Assembly: GCA_001770205.1 (NCBI GenBank)
Contig: MEQL01000009.1
Coordinates: 1 to 56,773, forward strand
Direction of reading: 5' to 3'
Source: Bdellovibrionales bacterium RIFOXYD12_FULL_39_22
Lineage (GTDB): Bacteria > Bdellovibrionota > Bacteriovoracia > Bacteriovoracales > Bacteriovoracaceae
DNA length: 56,773 nucleotides
Below are positions 29,811-38,079 of this stretch, in pieces. A model generated the notes under the pieces. It saw only the letters and a program-made list of their open reading frames with translations. It was not told where the DNA came from and made no database searches. How positions within the stretch are numbered: position 1 is the first letter of the stretch; every line of letters starts with the position of its first letter. Made by a program: the position numbers and the translations under genes.

Positions 29811-32372
29811 CTAAACTTTAAAATTATTCATTTGGTGAAAGTTGAGATATTTGTAAATATCATTTTCTTTTCCTTGAATATTTGGCAAAGAGATTTCCAG
29901 ATATTCACTAAGAGTTGGAATTTTTCCCAGAAGTGCCACTACCGCCGCTAACTCGCTTGATCCGAGATATACCTTGGCATCTTTTCCCATGCGATTATTA
30001 AAATTGCGAGTAGAGGTTGAAAACACAGTAACGCCATCATCTACGCGTGCCTGATTACCCATGCAGAGTGAACAGCCAGGAATTTCAATACGTGCTCCGG
30101 CCTCGGAGAAAACAGAGAAGAGTCCTTCTGTTTTTAACTGATCGCTATCCATTTTTGTTGGAGGACAGAGCCATAGTTTTGTTTTAGCAAAGCCTTTGCT
30201 TTTTAATACTGCGGCCGTTGCACGAAAATGGCCGATGTTGGTCATACATGAACCGATAAATACATCATGAACCTTATCTCCGGCCACCGCCGATAGTGGC
30301 CTTACATCATCTGGGTCGTTAGGACAGGCCAAAATAGGTTCTTTCATTTCATCAAGATTAATATCAATTACGGCCGCATATTCAGCGTTGTGATCGGCCT
30401 CCATCAGTTTGCCATTTTTTATCCAATCGTTAACATCATTAATGCGTTTTTGCAGAGTGCTTTTATCTTCGTAACCATTTTCAATCATGGCCTGCATGAG
30501 GGCAACATTGGAGTGTAAAAACTCTTCAATGGTGTCTCGGTTTAGTTTTATGGTCGCGGCCGCGGCCGAGCGCTCGGCAGAGGCATCAGTTAGTTCGAAG
30601 GCCTGTTCAACAGTAAGGTTTGGAAGGCCTTCCATTTCTAAAATGCGGCCCGCAAAAATATTTTTCTTATTCTCTTTGGCCACAGTTAGAAGGCCCTGCT
30701 TGATAGCTTGATAGGGAATCATATTAACGACATCGCGCAGAGTAATTCCACGTTGTAATTTACCCTTGAAGCGAACTAGTACGCTTTCTGGCATGTCAAG
30801 AGGCATTGAGCCAATGGCCGCGGCAAAGGCAACCAGTCCTGAACCTGCAGGAAAGGAAATACCAATGGGAAAACGAGTGTGAGAATCACCACCAGTTCCT
30901 ACGGTGTCCGGAATCAGAAGTCGATTAAGCCAAGAGTGAATAACTCCATCTCCCGGACGAAGGGAAATACCACCACGTTTGCTGATAAAAGATGGAAGTG
31001 AATTGTGTGTTTTTACGTCAGATGGTTTTGGATAGGCGGCAGTATGACAAAATGATTGCATAACTAAGTCCGCATTAAATTTTAGACATGCCAATTCTAC
31101 TAACTCGCTGGCAGTCATCGGGCCAGTGGTATCTTGCGAGCCAACAGAGGTCATTTTGGGAAGGCAGGCAGTTCCGGGAAGTACTCCTTTCATGCCACAG
31201 GCCTTTCCTACTATCTTTTGTGCCAGCGTATAGCCTTGGTTGGCAGATGGCGTTGGATTGTCGGGATTTGTAAAAATACCACTAGACTCTAGCGAGGATA
31301 GTTTTAAAGAAGAGCGGGCCATTTCGGTTAGTTGTTTTCCAATAATTAATGGAACCCGTCCTCCGGCCTTGTATTCATCAAGTAGAGTGACTGGTCGAAT
31401 AGAAAATTTAGAAATAACTTTATCTTTTTCATCACAAATTTCCCCTTTAAGTGGATATATATTTACCACTTGTCCGGTTGTCAGCTTGGTTACGTCAACT
31501 TGAATAGGTAGGGCGCCAGAATCTTCGGCAGTGTTAAAGAAAATTGGCGCGATGGTGCTACCCAATATAACTCCGCCACTTTTTTTATTTGGAACATGCT
31601 TTATTTCTTCACCAATAAACCACAAAAGAGAATTGCAGGCAGATTTGCGAGAAGAGCCAGTACCAACAACATCTCCGACAAAACATACTGGGAGCTTATG
31701 TTTTTCATTTAATTTTTTTATATCAGCAGGGCCTTGAGGGAAGAGTGATCCTCCCATGGAGAGGGCATGAAGCGGAATATCTGCGCGAGTAAAGGCGTGA
31801 GAGGCCGGAGAAAAATCGTCAGTGTTGATTTCACCGTTTACTTTGTAAATTACGTTGGTAATTTTGTTTGGAATGGAGGGGCGAGAGGTAAACCATTCTG
31901 CATTGGCCCAGCTAGTAATAATTTCTTTGGCCAACTTGCTACCTGTTTTGGCCCAAGAATTTATCTCTTCAAAAATATTTACGGATAAGGGCATTTTTTT
32001 TAGTGCGTTAGCAGAAAGTTGGGCCAATTTATCATCTTTCCCTTTAACAATAGAAAGTAATGCTTCTAAATTGTACCCTCCAATCATGTGTCCTAAAAGC
32101 TCGATTGCCATTTCAGGAGAGATGATTTTGCACTTCTTATTATTATGAATAACCTCAAGCAAAAAATCTGCTTTGACTTTGGCGGCCGGATCGACTCCGG
32201 GATTTACGCGATTGGAGATAAGATCAAGTAGTTCGTTATCTTTGCCGCTAGGTATATTTTGTAAAAGTTCAACGACCTCCAACATTTGCTTATCAGTTAA
32301 GGCCAATGGCGGAATACCTTGTTTTTTGCGCTCTTCAACATGCTTATAATAGTTTTCAAAAAAATTAGACAT
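29811..32372 (-). CDS. acnB: Aconitate hydratase B
   Basis: PGVDPAAKVKA, GTGSSRKSA, SQDTTGPMT, GGDSHTRFP, IGSCMTNIGH, PGCSLCMGNQARV. Confidence 0.97.
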   Translation of the reverse strand: MSNFFENYYKHVEERKKQGIPPLALTDKQMLEVVELLQNIPSGKDNELLDLISNRVNPGVDPAAKVKADFLLEVIHNNKKCKIISPEMAIELLGHMIGGYNLEALLSIVKGKDDKLAQLSANALKKMPLSVNIFEEINSWAKTGSKLAKEIITSWANAEWFTSRPSIPNKITNVIYKVNGEINTDDFSPASHAFTRADIPLHALSMGGSLFPQGPADIKKLNEKHKLPVCFVGDVVGTGSSRKSACNSLLWFIGEEIKHVPNKKSGGVILGSTIAPIFFNTAEDSGALPIQVDVTKLTTGQVVNIYPLKGEICDEKDKVISKFSIRPVTLLDEYKAGGRVPLIIGKQLTEMARSSLKLSSLESSGIFTNPDNPTPSANQGYTLAQKIVGKACGMKGVLPGTACLPKMTSVGSQDTTGPMTASELVELACLKFNADLVMQSFCHTAAYPKPSDVKTHNSLPSFISKRGGISLRPGDGVIHSWLNRLLIPDTVGTGGDSHTRFPIGISFPAGSGLVAFAAAIGSMPLDMPESVLVRFKGKLQRGITLRDVVNMIPYQAIKQGLLTVAKENKKNIFAGRILEMEGLPNLTVEQAFELTDASAERSAAAATIKLNRDTIEEFLHSNVALMQAMIENGYEDKSTLQKRINDVNDWIKNGKLMEADHNAEYAAVIDINLDEMKEPILACPNDPDDVRPLSAVAGDKVHDVFIGSCMTNIGHFRATAAVLKSKGFAKTKLWLCPPTKMDSDQLKTEGLFSVFSEAGARIEIPGCSLCMGNQARVDDGVTVFSTSTRNFNNRMGKDAKVYLGSSELAAVVALLGKIPTLSEYLEISLPNIQGKENDIYKYLNFHQMNNFKV

Positions 32373-32489
32373 GAAACACCCTACCTTTTGATTGTAATGA
32401 TACTTTTTCTAGTTTTGGTTATTTGTAAAAATAGGTTAGCAATATACAAAATAGTTTATGCTTTTGAAAGAGAGTGGTGGGCTGTTTAT

Positions 32490-33035
32490 TTATAAATATC
32501 CCTGTATTGAACGTATTCTGTCTTGGCAATCAGGATTATCGGGGAATTCTTCCAAAACATCCTTTAAATGTTTGGCATATCCGCACATGGCCGCAAATTT
32601 ATCGGCCTCAAATTGTGCCTGCATAGGATCAATTATTTTGTATGAGTGATCAAGCGCCAGATGAGCAATTTCATGAAGTAAGATAGCAATGCCGCGATCT
32701 GGGGCGGCAGAGGTTAGTATTTTATAAAGGTCTGGGAAAATTATTATTATATGAGAATTCTCAATTGAGGAGAGGGCACAACTTAGACGGCCGCTGGCCT
32801 GGATAAAGAGTAATTTTTTTTTGTTGGCGGTTAGTTTTTGAAGAATATTTTGATCAATTTTCTCGACTAATGTCCAGAAGGATCGAGATAAATATTTATT
32901 GGATAAAATCCACTGGTGATGAGGAGAAAGTAGAAGTTCTTCAAAAAAGGCCTCGCTAGTAGTAGAGGTAGATAGTCGGGATTGATAGCGTTTATCTTTC
33001 GAAAGAAAAATGTAGTTTAAAATTTTTTTCCACAT
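32490..33035 (-). CDS. Small zincin (M48-like) metallopeptidase
   Basis: LHEIAH...EADKFA..GY. Confidence 0.75.
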   Translation of the reverse strand: MWKKILNYIFLSKDKRYQSRLSTSTTSEAFFEELLLSPHHQWILSNKYLSRSFWTLVEKIDQNILQKLTANKKKLLFIQASGRLSCALSSIENSHIIIIFPDLYKILTSAAPDRGIAILLHEIAHLALDHSYKIIDPMQAQFEADKFAAMCGYAKHLKDVLEEFPDNPDCQDRIRSIQGYL

Positions 33036-33186
33036 AAGAGAGACCTTTAATTACCAAAATGGCACTTATTAGATCGGAAATTTAAAAGGCATGTATCATT
33101 TTTTTTCTATAAATTTGAGGCCAGCGGTAACTTTTTCCGTACGTAATTAATTGGTGTAATACCTGTTAATATGAGAGTGGGGGCAA

Positions 33187-33585
33187 GTGATGGATTTGTT
33201 TATATGTGCGAGGATGAGATTTTATACAATGTCGATTATGACATTTATTATATTTTTATCATCTCCTCTTTTATCGGAAGAACGCTCAGAGTCTTTTTGG
33301 ATTCAGGCCCATGATACTTACATTAAAGTGTTGGCCCCAGAGCAATACACTCCAGGGATTACAGTTATTATTTCAAATAAAACCTTGGCCAGACTACTGG
33401 GTAAAGTAGTTACTGCTTCTGGAAAAGTTTTACAGTTTGTCACTATTGACTCGGAAGAGAGTGTCTCCGTGAAAATTGATGCTATTAGCAAAGAGTCTGT
33501 TTTCTTTGTTCCTCTTGTTCCGGCCTTTCAGGAAGTTGAATTAAAGTTCGGGAAAAAAACCTATGAGATTCCTCCAAAAAGATAG
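33187..33585 (+). CDS. Hypothetical exported protein (start uncertain)
   Basis: Hydrophobic N-terminal segment; overlaps the next gene start. Confidence 0.6.
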   Translation: MMDLFICARMRFYTMSIMTFIIFLSSPLLSEERSESFWIQAHDTYIKVLAPEQYTPGITVIISNKTLARLLGKVVTASGKVLQFVTIDSEESVSVKIDAISKESVFFVPLVPAFQEVELKFGKKTYEIPPKR

Positions 33586-34723
33586 AGTTGAAAAAACAAT
33601 TATTGTTCTTTCTGATTTACATTTAGGTGCCGGTGCTATCGTTAGTGGAAGGCGGAATCATTTAGAGGAGTTTCATTACGATAAAGAGTTAGTTGATCTG
33701 TTTGAATACTATTCGACAGGAGACTATGGAAGTCGAGAGGTTGAATTGATATTAAATGGAGATGTTTTTGATTTTTTGGCCATTCCTTTTGTGAAATATT
33801 TCGATGATGAGTTTTGGAGTGAAAAGGCCTCTTTGGAAAAGTTTAAAATGGCCATTAATGCCCATCGAGAAGTTATCGAGGCGCTGGGCAAATTTGCAGG
33901 AGGTAAGAAAAAAAAGATAGTCTATATCATAGGTAATCATGATGCCGAGTTAGTTTTTGAGTCATTGCGAAATTATTTTTTTGAACAGCTTCCAGTTAAA
34001 TCTCGGTCAAATGTAGAGGTTCTCTTGCGTCCCAGCGGTGAATATATTCCGGTGGCGGGAGTGTTAGTAAAGCATGGCCATGAATATGATATTTCTAATA
34101 ATATCGATTTTAAAAAATCAATTATTGAGGATGAGGAAGGGGCGAAATATTTTTTACCTCCCTGGGGTTCTTATTTTGTTACGAGAATTTTAAATAAGTT
34201 TAAAGAGGAAAAAAGTGAGATAGATGCGGTTAGACCGATTAAGAAATTTTTAATTAATGGGTTAATTTATGATTCACTTTTTACTATAAGGTTCATTTTT
34301 TCCTCACTTTACTATTTTTTTATGATTCGTTTTTTATATGTTTTTAAACAGCAGAGAAATTTTAAAACAGTATGGGCATATTTGCGCGATGACTTTTTTG
34401 TTTTTAAAGATTATGAGGCCATCACTTACGATATTATAAAAAAAAATCCGGGAACCAACGTTTTAATTATGGGCCATACGCATATGCCGGCACATAAGGT
34501 TTATCCTGATGGAAAAGTTTTTATTAATACAGGGACGTGGGTGGATATGCACTACTTGGATTTTGAGCGAATTAGAGATGGAGGGTTATTAACCTACGCG
34601 CAGATTGATGTGTCGGATTCCAAAAATGAATCAGAAGAAATTCCAAGCGAAAAGCTTGATGGATTTAATATTTCGCTCAATGCTTGGAAAGGGCGGAATG
34701 AACTACCATTCGTTGAGTTTTGA
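33563..34723 (+). CDS. Calcineurin-like metallophosphoesterase
   Basis: SDLH, GDVFD, GNHD, HGH, GHTH, NTGTW. Confidence 0.88.
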   Translation: MRFLQKDRVEKTIIVLSDLHLGAGAIVSGRRNHLEEFHYDKELVDLFEYYSTGDYGSREVELILNGDVFDFLAIPFVKYFDDEFWSEKASLEKFKMAINAHREVIEALGKFAGGKKKKIVYIIGNHDAELVFESLRNYFFEQLPVKSRSNVEVLLRPSGEYIPVAGVLVKHGHEYDISNNIDFKKSIIEDEEGAKYFLPPWGSYFVTRILNKFKEEKSEIDAVRPIKKFLINGLIYDSLFTIRFIFSSLYYFFMIRFLYVFKQQRNFKTVWAYLRDDFFVFKDYEAITYDIIKKNPGTNVLIMGHTHMPAHKVYPDGKVFINTGTWVDMHYLDFERIRDGGLLTYAQIDVSDSKNESEEIPSEKLDGFNISLNAWKGRNELPFVEF

Positions 34724-34765
34724 AAAGAGAGAGGACATTACGGCCTCCCTCTTAAAGATTTGAGA

Positions 34766-35776
34766 TTAGCCGAAGATAATTTTTCCCTTCCCTGCGGAAC
34801 CCAATACGTTGTTATTTTTAGCAACAATCATGGCCTTGAGTTCATCACGGGCCGGGCCTAGATATTTTCTTGGATCAAATTCTTTCGGATTATCTTTAAA
34901 TACTTTTCTTATAATGGCCGTCAATGCTAGGCGTCCATCTGAATCAATATTAATTTTACAAACTGCAGAACGGGCCGCCTTGCGTAACTGTTCTTCGGGA
35001 ATGCCAATAGCATTTTCAATTTTTCCACCGGAACTATTTATCATATCTACATACTTTGCGACTACCGAGGAAGCTCCGTGCAAGACTATCGGAAATCCTG
35101 GAATGCGCTTTTCGACTTCTTCCAAAATATCAAAGCGAAGTGGTGGAGGAAGTAAGGTGCCGTCCGGGCCTTTCGTGCATTGTGCCGGCTTGAATTTGTT
35201 GGCACCATGCGAGGTACCGATAGAGATGGCCAGTGAGTCAACTCCGGTTTTTTTAACGAATTCTTCAACTTCTTCTGGCCGAGTATAGGTGGAGTGGGCG
35301 GCAACTACATCATCTTCAATCCCGGCCAATACTCCCAATTCGCCTTCGACAGTAACGTCGTGATCATGGGCATATTGCACAACTTTTTTGGTGAGCTCAA
35401 CATTATCCTTGAAAGAGTGATGAGAACCATCAATCATTACCGAAGAAAATCCTGTGTCAATGCAAGATTTACAAAGTTCTAGGGTATCTCCATGATCAAG
35501 ATGGAGAGCAAATTTTAGATGGGGATTTAACTCTTTTAAAAGTTCGGAAGCACCCTGTGCCATATAACGAAGTAAGGTTTGATTGGCATATTTTCTAGCA
35601 CCGCTAGATACCTGCAAAATAAAAGGAGAATCTGACTCGGCACAGCCGGAGACGATGGCCTGTAGTTGTTCCATGTTGTTAAAGTTATATGCCGGAATGG
35701 CAAATTTACCAATAAACGCTTGGCGAAACATTTCCTTGGTGTTGACTAGTCCTAGATCCTTGTAACTAACTTTCAT
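34766..35776 (-). CDS. fba: Class II fructose-bisphosphate aldolase
   Basis: HLDHG, SSVMIDGSH, VEGELG, IGTSHGA, VLHGASSV, KINIDSD. Confidence 0.95.
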   Translation of the reverse strand: MKVSYKDLGLVNTKEMFRQAFIGKFAIPAYNFNNMEQLQAIVSGCAESDSPFILQVSSGARKYANQTLLRYMAQGASELLKELNPHLKFALHLDHGDTLELCKSCIDTGFSSVMIDGSHHSFKDNVELTKKVVQYAHDHDVTVEGELGVLAGIEDDVVAAHSTYTRPEEVEEFVKKTGVDSLAISIGTSHGANKFKPAQCTKGPDGTLLPPPLRFDILEEVEKRIPGFPIVLHGASSVVAKYVDMINSSGGKIENAIGIPEEQLRKAARSAVCKINIDSDGRLALTAIIRKVFKDNPKEFDPRKYLGPARDELKAMIVAKNNNVLGSAGKGKIIFG

Positions 35777-35794
35777 AAAATCCTCCTAATGAAT

Positions 35795-36517
35795 TTATAT
35801 TTCCAATAAAAAATTGAACCACGCTTTTAGGCCAGTGCCGTTTTTGGCACTGAGTTCGATAATTTTTGCTGTCGGGTTAATCTGTCGAATATATTTATGG
35901 GCAAGATCTAGTTCCCAATCCAGATGAGGAAGAAGATCTATTTTAGAGATCAAAATTAAATCGGCCTTGTTAAAAAGAACTGGATATTTAATTGGTTTAT
36001 CTTCTCCTTCTGTCACCGAGAGCATGGCCACTCTTTTACCTTCTCCTAAATCAAAGGCCGCCGGACATACCAAGTTGCCAACATTTTCGATAATAAGAAG
36101 ATCATCATTAGGAGAGACAAAAGATTCGAGTTCTTTTTGAATCATGGAGGCGTCAAGATGACAGGCGCTAACCGTATTGATTTGCTTTGCCCGTGCACCA
36201 TGATCTTTTAGACGCTGATAGTCCTGGTCCGTTTGTTGGTCACCTACCAAAACAGAAACCTTTTTATATTTATTTAATTCTGTAAGTGTTTTTTCTAATA
36301 AAAAAGTTTTTCCTGCTCCAGGAGAACTCATAATATTTACGGAGGCAATATTGTTTTTTGTAAGCCAATTACGATTACTGGCCGCGATGTTATCATTTTT
36401 TGCCAAAATACTTTGTTCGGATAAAATAATTTTGCGGGTTGCGAGAAGGGGCGTTGTTGTCCCCATTTGTAAAAGGGATCGCTGATTACCTTCGTGACAT
36501 CCACAATCTTTACACAT
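35795..36517 (-). CDS. hypB: Hydrogenase nickel incorporation GTPase HypB
   Basis: N-terminal MCKDCGC, SSPGAGKT, CHLDA, ENVGNLVCPA, TEGEDKPIKYP. Confidence 0.95.
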   Translation of the reverse strand: MCKDCGCHEGNQRSLLQMGTTTPLLATRKIILSEQSILAKNDNIAASNRNWLTKNNIASVNIMSSPGAGKTFLLEKTLTELNKYKKVSVLVGDQQTDQDYQRLKDHGARAKQINTVSACHLDASMIQKELESFVSPNDDLLIIENVGNLVCPAAFDLGEGKRVAMLSVTEGEDKPIKYPVLFNKADLILISKIDLLPHLDWELDLAHKYIRQINPTAKIIELSAKNGTGLKAWFNFLLEI

Positions 36518-36857
36518 CTTCCACCTCTAGATCTTTTATATAAAATTCCCTACCACTTATAACACTAACTTCTAACGAGTGACAATTGGGACAGTCCAAA
36601 AGAAATTCATCAAGGATTGACTCTTTTTTACAAGAAGTGCATCTTATTTTAATCGGAACATCTTCGAAGTAAAGTTTTGCTTGTTCCAGGATGCTATTTT
36701 TCACCACTTCATTTAAACAAAATGATAAGCTATCACTATCTACGCCAGAGAGTTTACCCACGGATATGGTTAATGAAATAACTTTTTTGAAATGCTCTCG
36801 TATTGCCAAATCATTGACTGTTTCAATCAGGGATTGGGCCAGTGCTAATTCATGCAT
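36510..36857 (-). CDS. hypA: Hydrogenase maturation nickel chaperone HypA
   Basis: MHELALA, two CxxC (CTSC, CPNC), GREF. Confidence 0.95.
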   Translation of the reverse strand: MHELALAQSLIETVNDLAIREHFKKVISLTISVGKLSGVDSDSLSFCLNEVVKNSILEQAKLYFEDVPIKIRCTSCKKESILDEFLLDCPNCHSLEVSVISGREFYIKDLEVEDV

Positions 36858-36879
36858 GGAGTATCTCGGGTTTATTAAT

Positions 36880-36915
36880 AAAAAAACAAAGGCCCTTCAT
36901 TCGAAAGGCCTCTGT
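36880..36915 (-). terminator. Intrinsic terminator after flagellin
   Basis: Minus strand AGGCCTTTC-GAAT-GAAGGGCCT followed by a T-rich tail. Confidence 0.7.
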
Positions 36916-36955
36916 GATGTTAACAGTTAATTTTGAAAATTATAACAACTTTCTA

Positions 36956-37789
36956 TTATCCAATTAACTTAAGGGCCGCTGACCCTTGAGAGTTAGCTTG
37001 CGCTAATACCGAGGTACCAGCTTGTGTCATAATGTTCAAACGAGTATTTTGTGCTGTCTCCGCAGCATAGTCAGTATCTCTGATTCGAGAATTTGCAGCA
37101 TTCAAGTTTTCAGAAGACACTTGCAAGTTTTGAATGGTGGATGATAGTCGGTTCTGCACCGCACCTAATTCAGCTCGCTGGCCAGAGATTTTTTGAATTG
37201 CATCATCTAGTACTGCTAAGCTTCCTTGCGATTCTTCTTTGCTTGAAACACTTAAGCTTGCAACTCCCAATCCTTCCATGGTGGAGTTTGTGATTCCAGC
37301 GTTATAACGGATTCTATCTTGGAAAGAATCGTTATTAATGCCGATTTGGAAATCATAAGATTCTCCAGTTCCGTTCAGCAACTTCTTGCCGTTGAATTCG
37401 GTAACTTGAGAAATCCTTTCAATCTCTTGCTTCAAATTTTGATACTCTAAATTGGTAAATTGTCTCTCAGCATCTCCCACTGTGTCAGAGGCAGATTGGA
37501 TGGACAATTCGCGTAATCTGATCAAGATGTTCGAAATTTCATTCATACCACCTTCTGCGGTCTGAATTAACGAAATACCATCGTTAGCATTTCGGCCAGC
37601 TTGAGTTACGCCTCGGATTTGTGCTTTCAATTTTTCACTGATTGCCAATCCGGCGGCATCATCGGCAGCGCGTACGATTCTGGTACCAGAAGATAGCTTC
37701 GATAGCGTTCTCTCCTGATCTGCGCTGTTGACGCCTAATGTTCGTTGTGCGGACAAAGACGTGACGTTGGTGTTAATACGTAAACCCAT
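36956..37789 (-). CDS. fliC: Flagellin (short, 277 aa)
   Basis: RINTN, LSSG.RI.RAADDAAGLAIS, NANDGISLIQTAEG, SRIRDTDYA. Confidence 0.97.
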   Translation of the reverse strand: MGLRINTNVTSLSAQRTLGVNSADQERTLSKLSSGTRIVRAADDAAGLAISEKLKAQIRGVTQAGRNANDGISLIQTAEGGMNEISNILIRLRELSIQSASDTVGDAERQFTNLEYQNLKQEIERISQVTEFNGKKLLNGTGESYDFQIGINNDSFQDRIRYNAGITNSTMEGLGVASLSVSSKEESQGSLAVLDDAIQKISGQRAELGAVQNRLSSTIQNLQVSSENLNAANSRIRDTDYAAETAQNTRLNIMTQAGTSVLAQANSQGSAALKLIG

Positions 37790-37918
37790 TGAAATCCTCC
37801 TTGTATTAGCGCCCCGTACTGGAACTAATCCCCGGTATAACCATGAGGATCAACAAGCTTACTGCTATTGCTTTGTTGGTTAATATTGCCGCTCCCAATC
37901 TTGGGTTCAGCAAAGAGT

Positions 37919-37945
37919 TCTTCGGAAGCAGAAAAAATACCTTGA
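37919..37945 (-). promoter_or_regulatory. Sigma28 (FliA)-like promoter of flagellin
   Basis: Minus strand TCAA-N15-TCCGAAGA versus consensus TAAA-N15-GCCGATAA. Confidence 0.65.
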
Positions 37946-38046
37946 GAAAAATTTTCCTAAAAAACCATTTTTTAAATTGAACAAATCTTCTCGGGAATTG
38001 TTTGTCAGAAAGTACCGTTATCCTTTTATTACCTCTGAAAATTAGC

Positions 38047-38073
38047 TCAAATTTTGTTGGAAAATAACGATAA
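38047..38073 (+). promoter_or_regulatory. Sigma28-like promoter of the cheY/cheX operon
   Basis: TCAA-N15-AACGATAA ending 6 nt before ATG 38080. Confidence 0.55.
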
Positions 38074-38079
38074 CATGCT

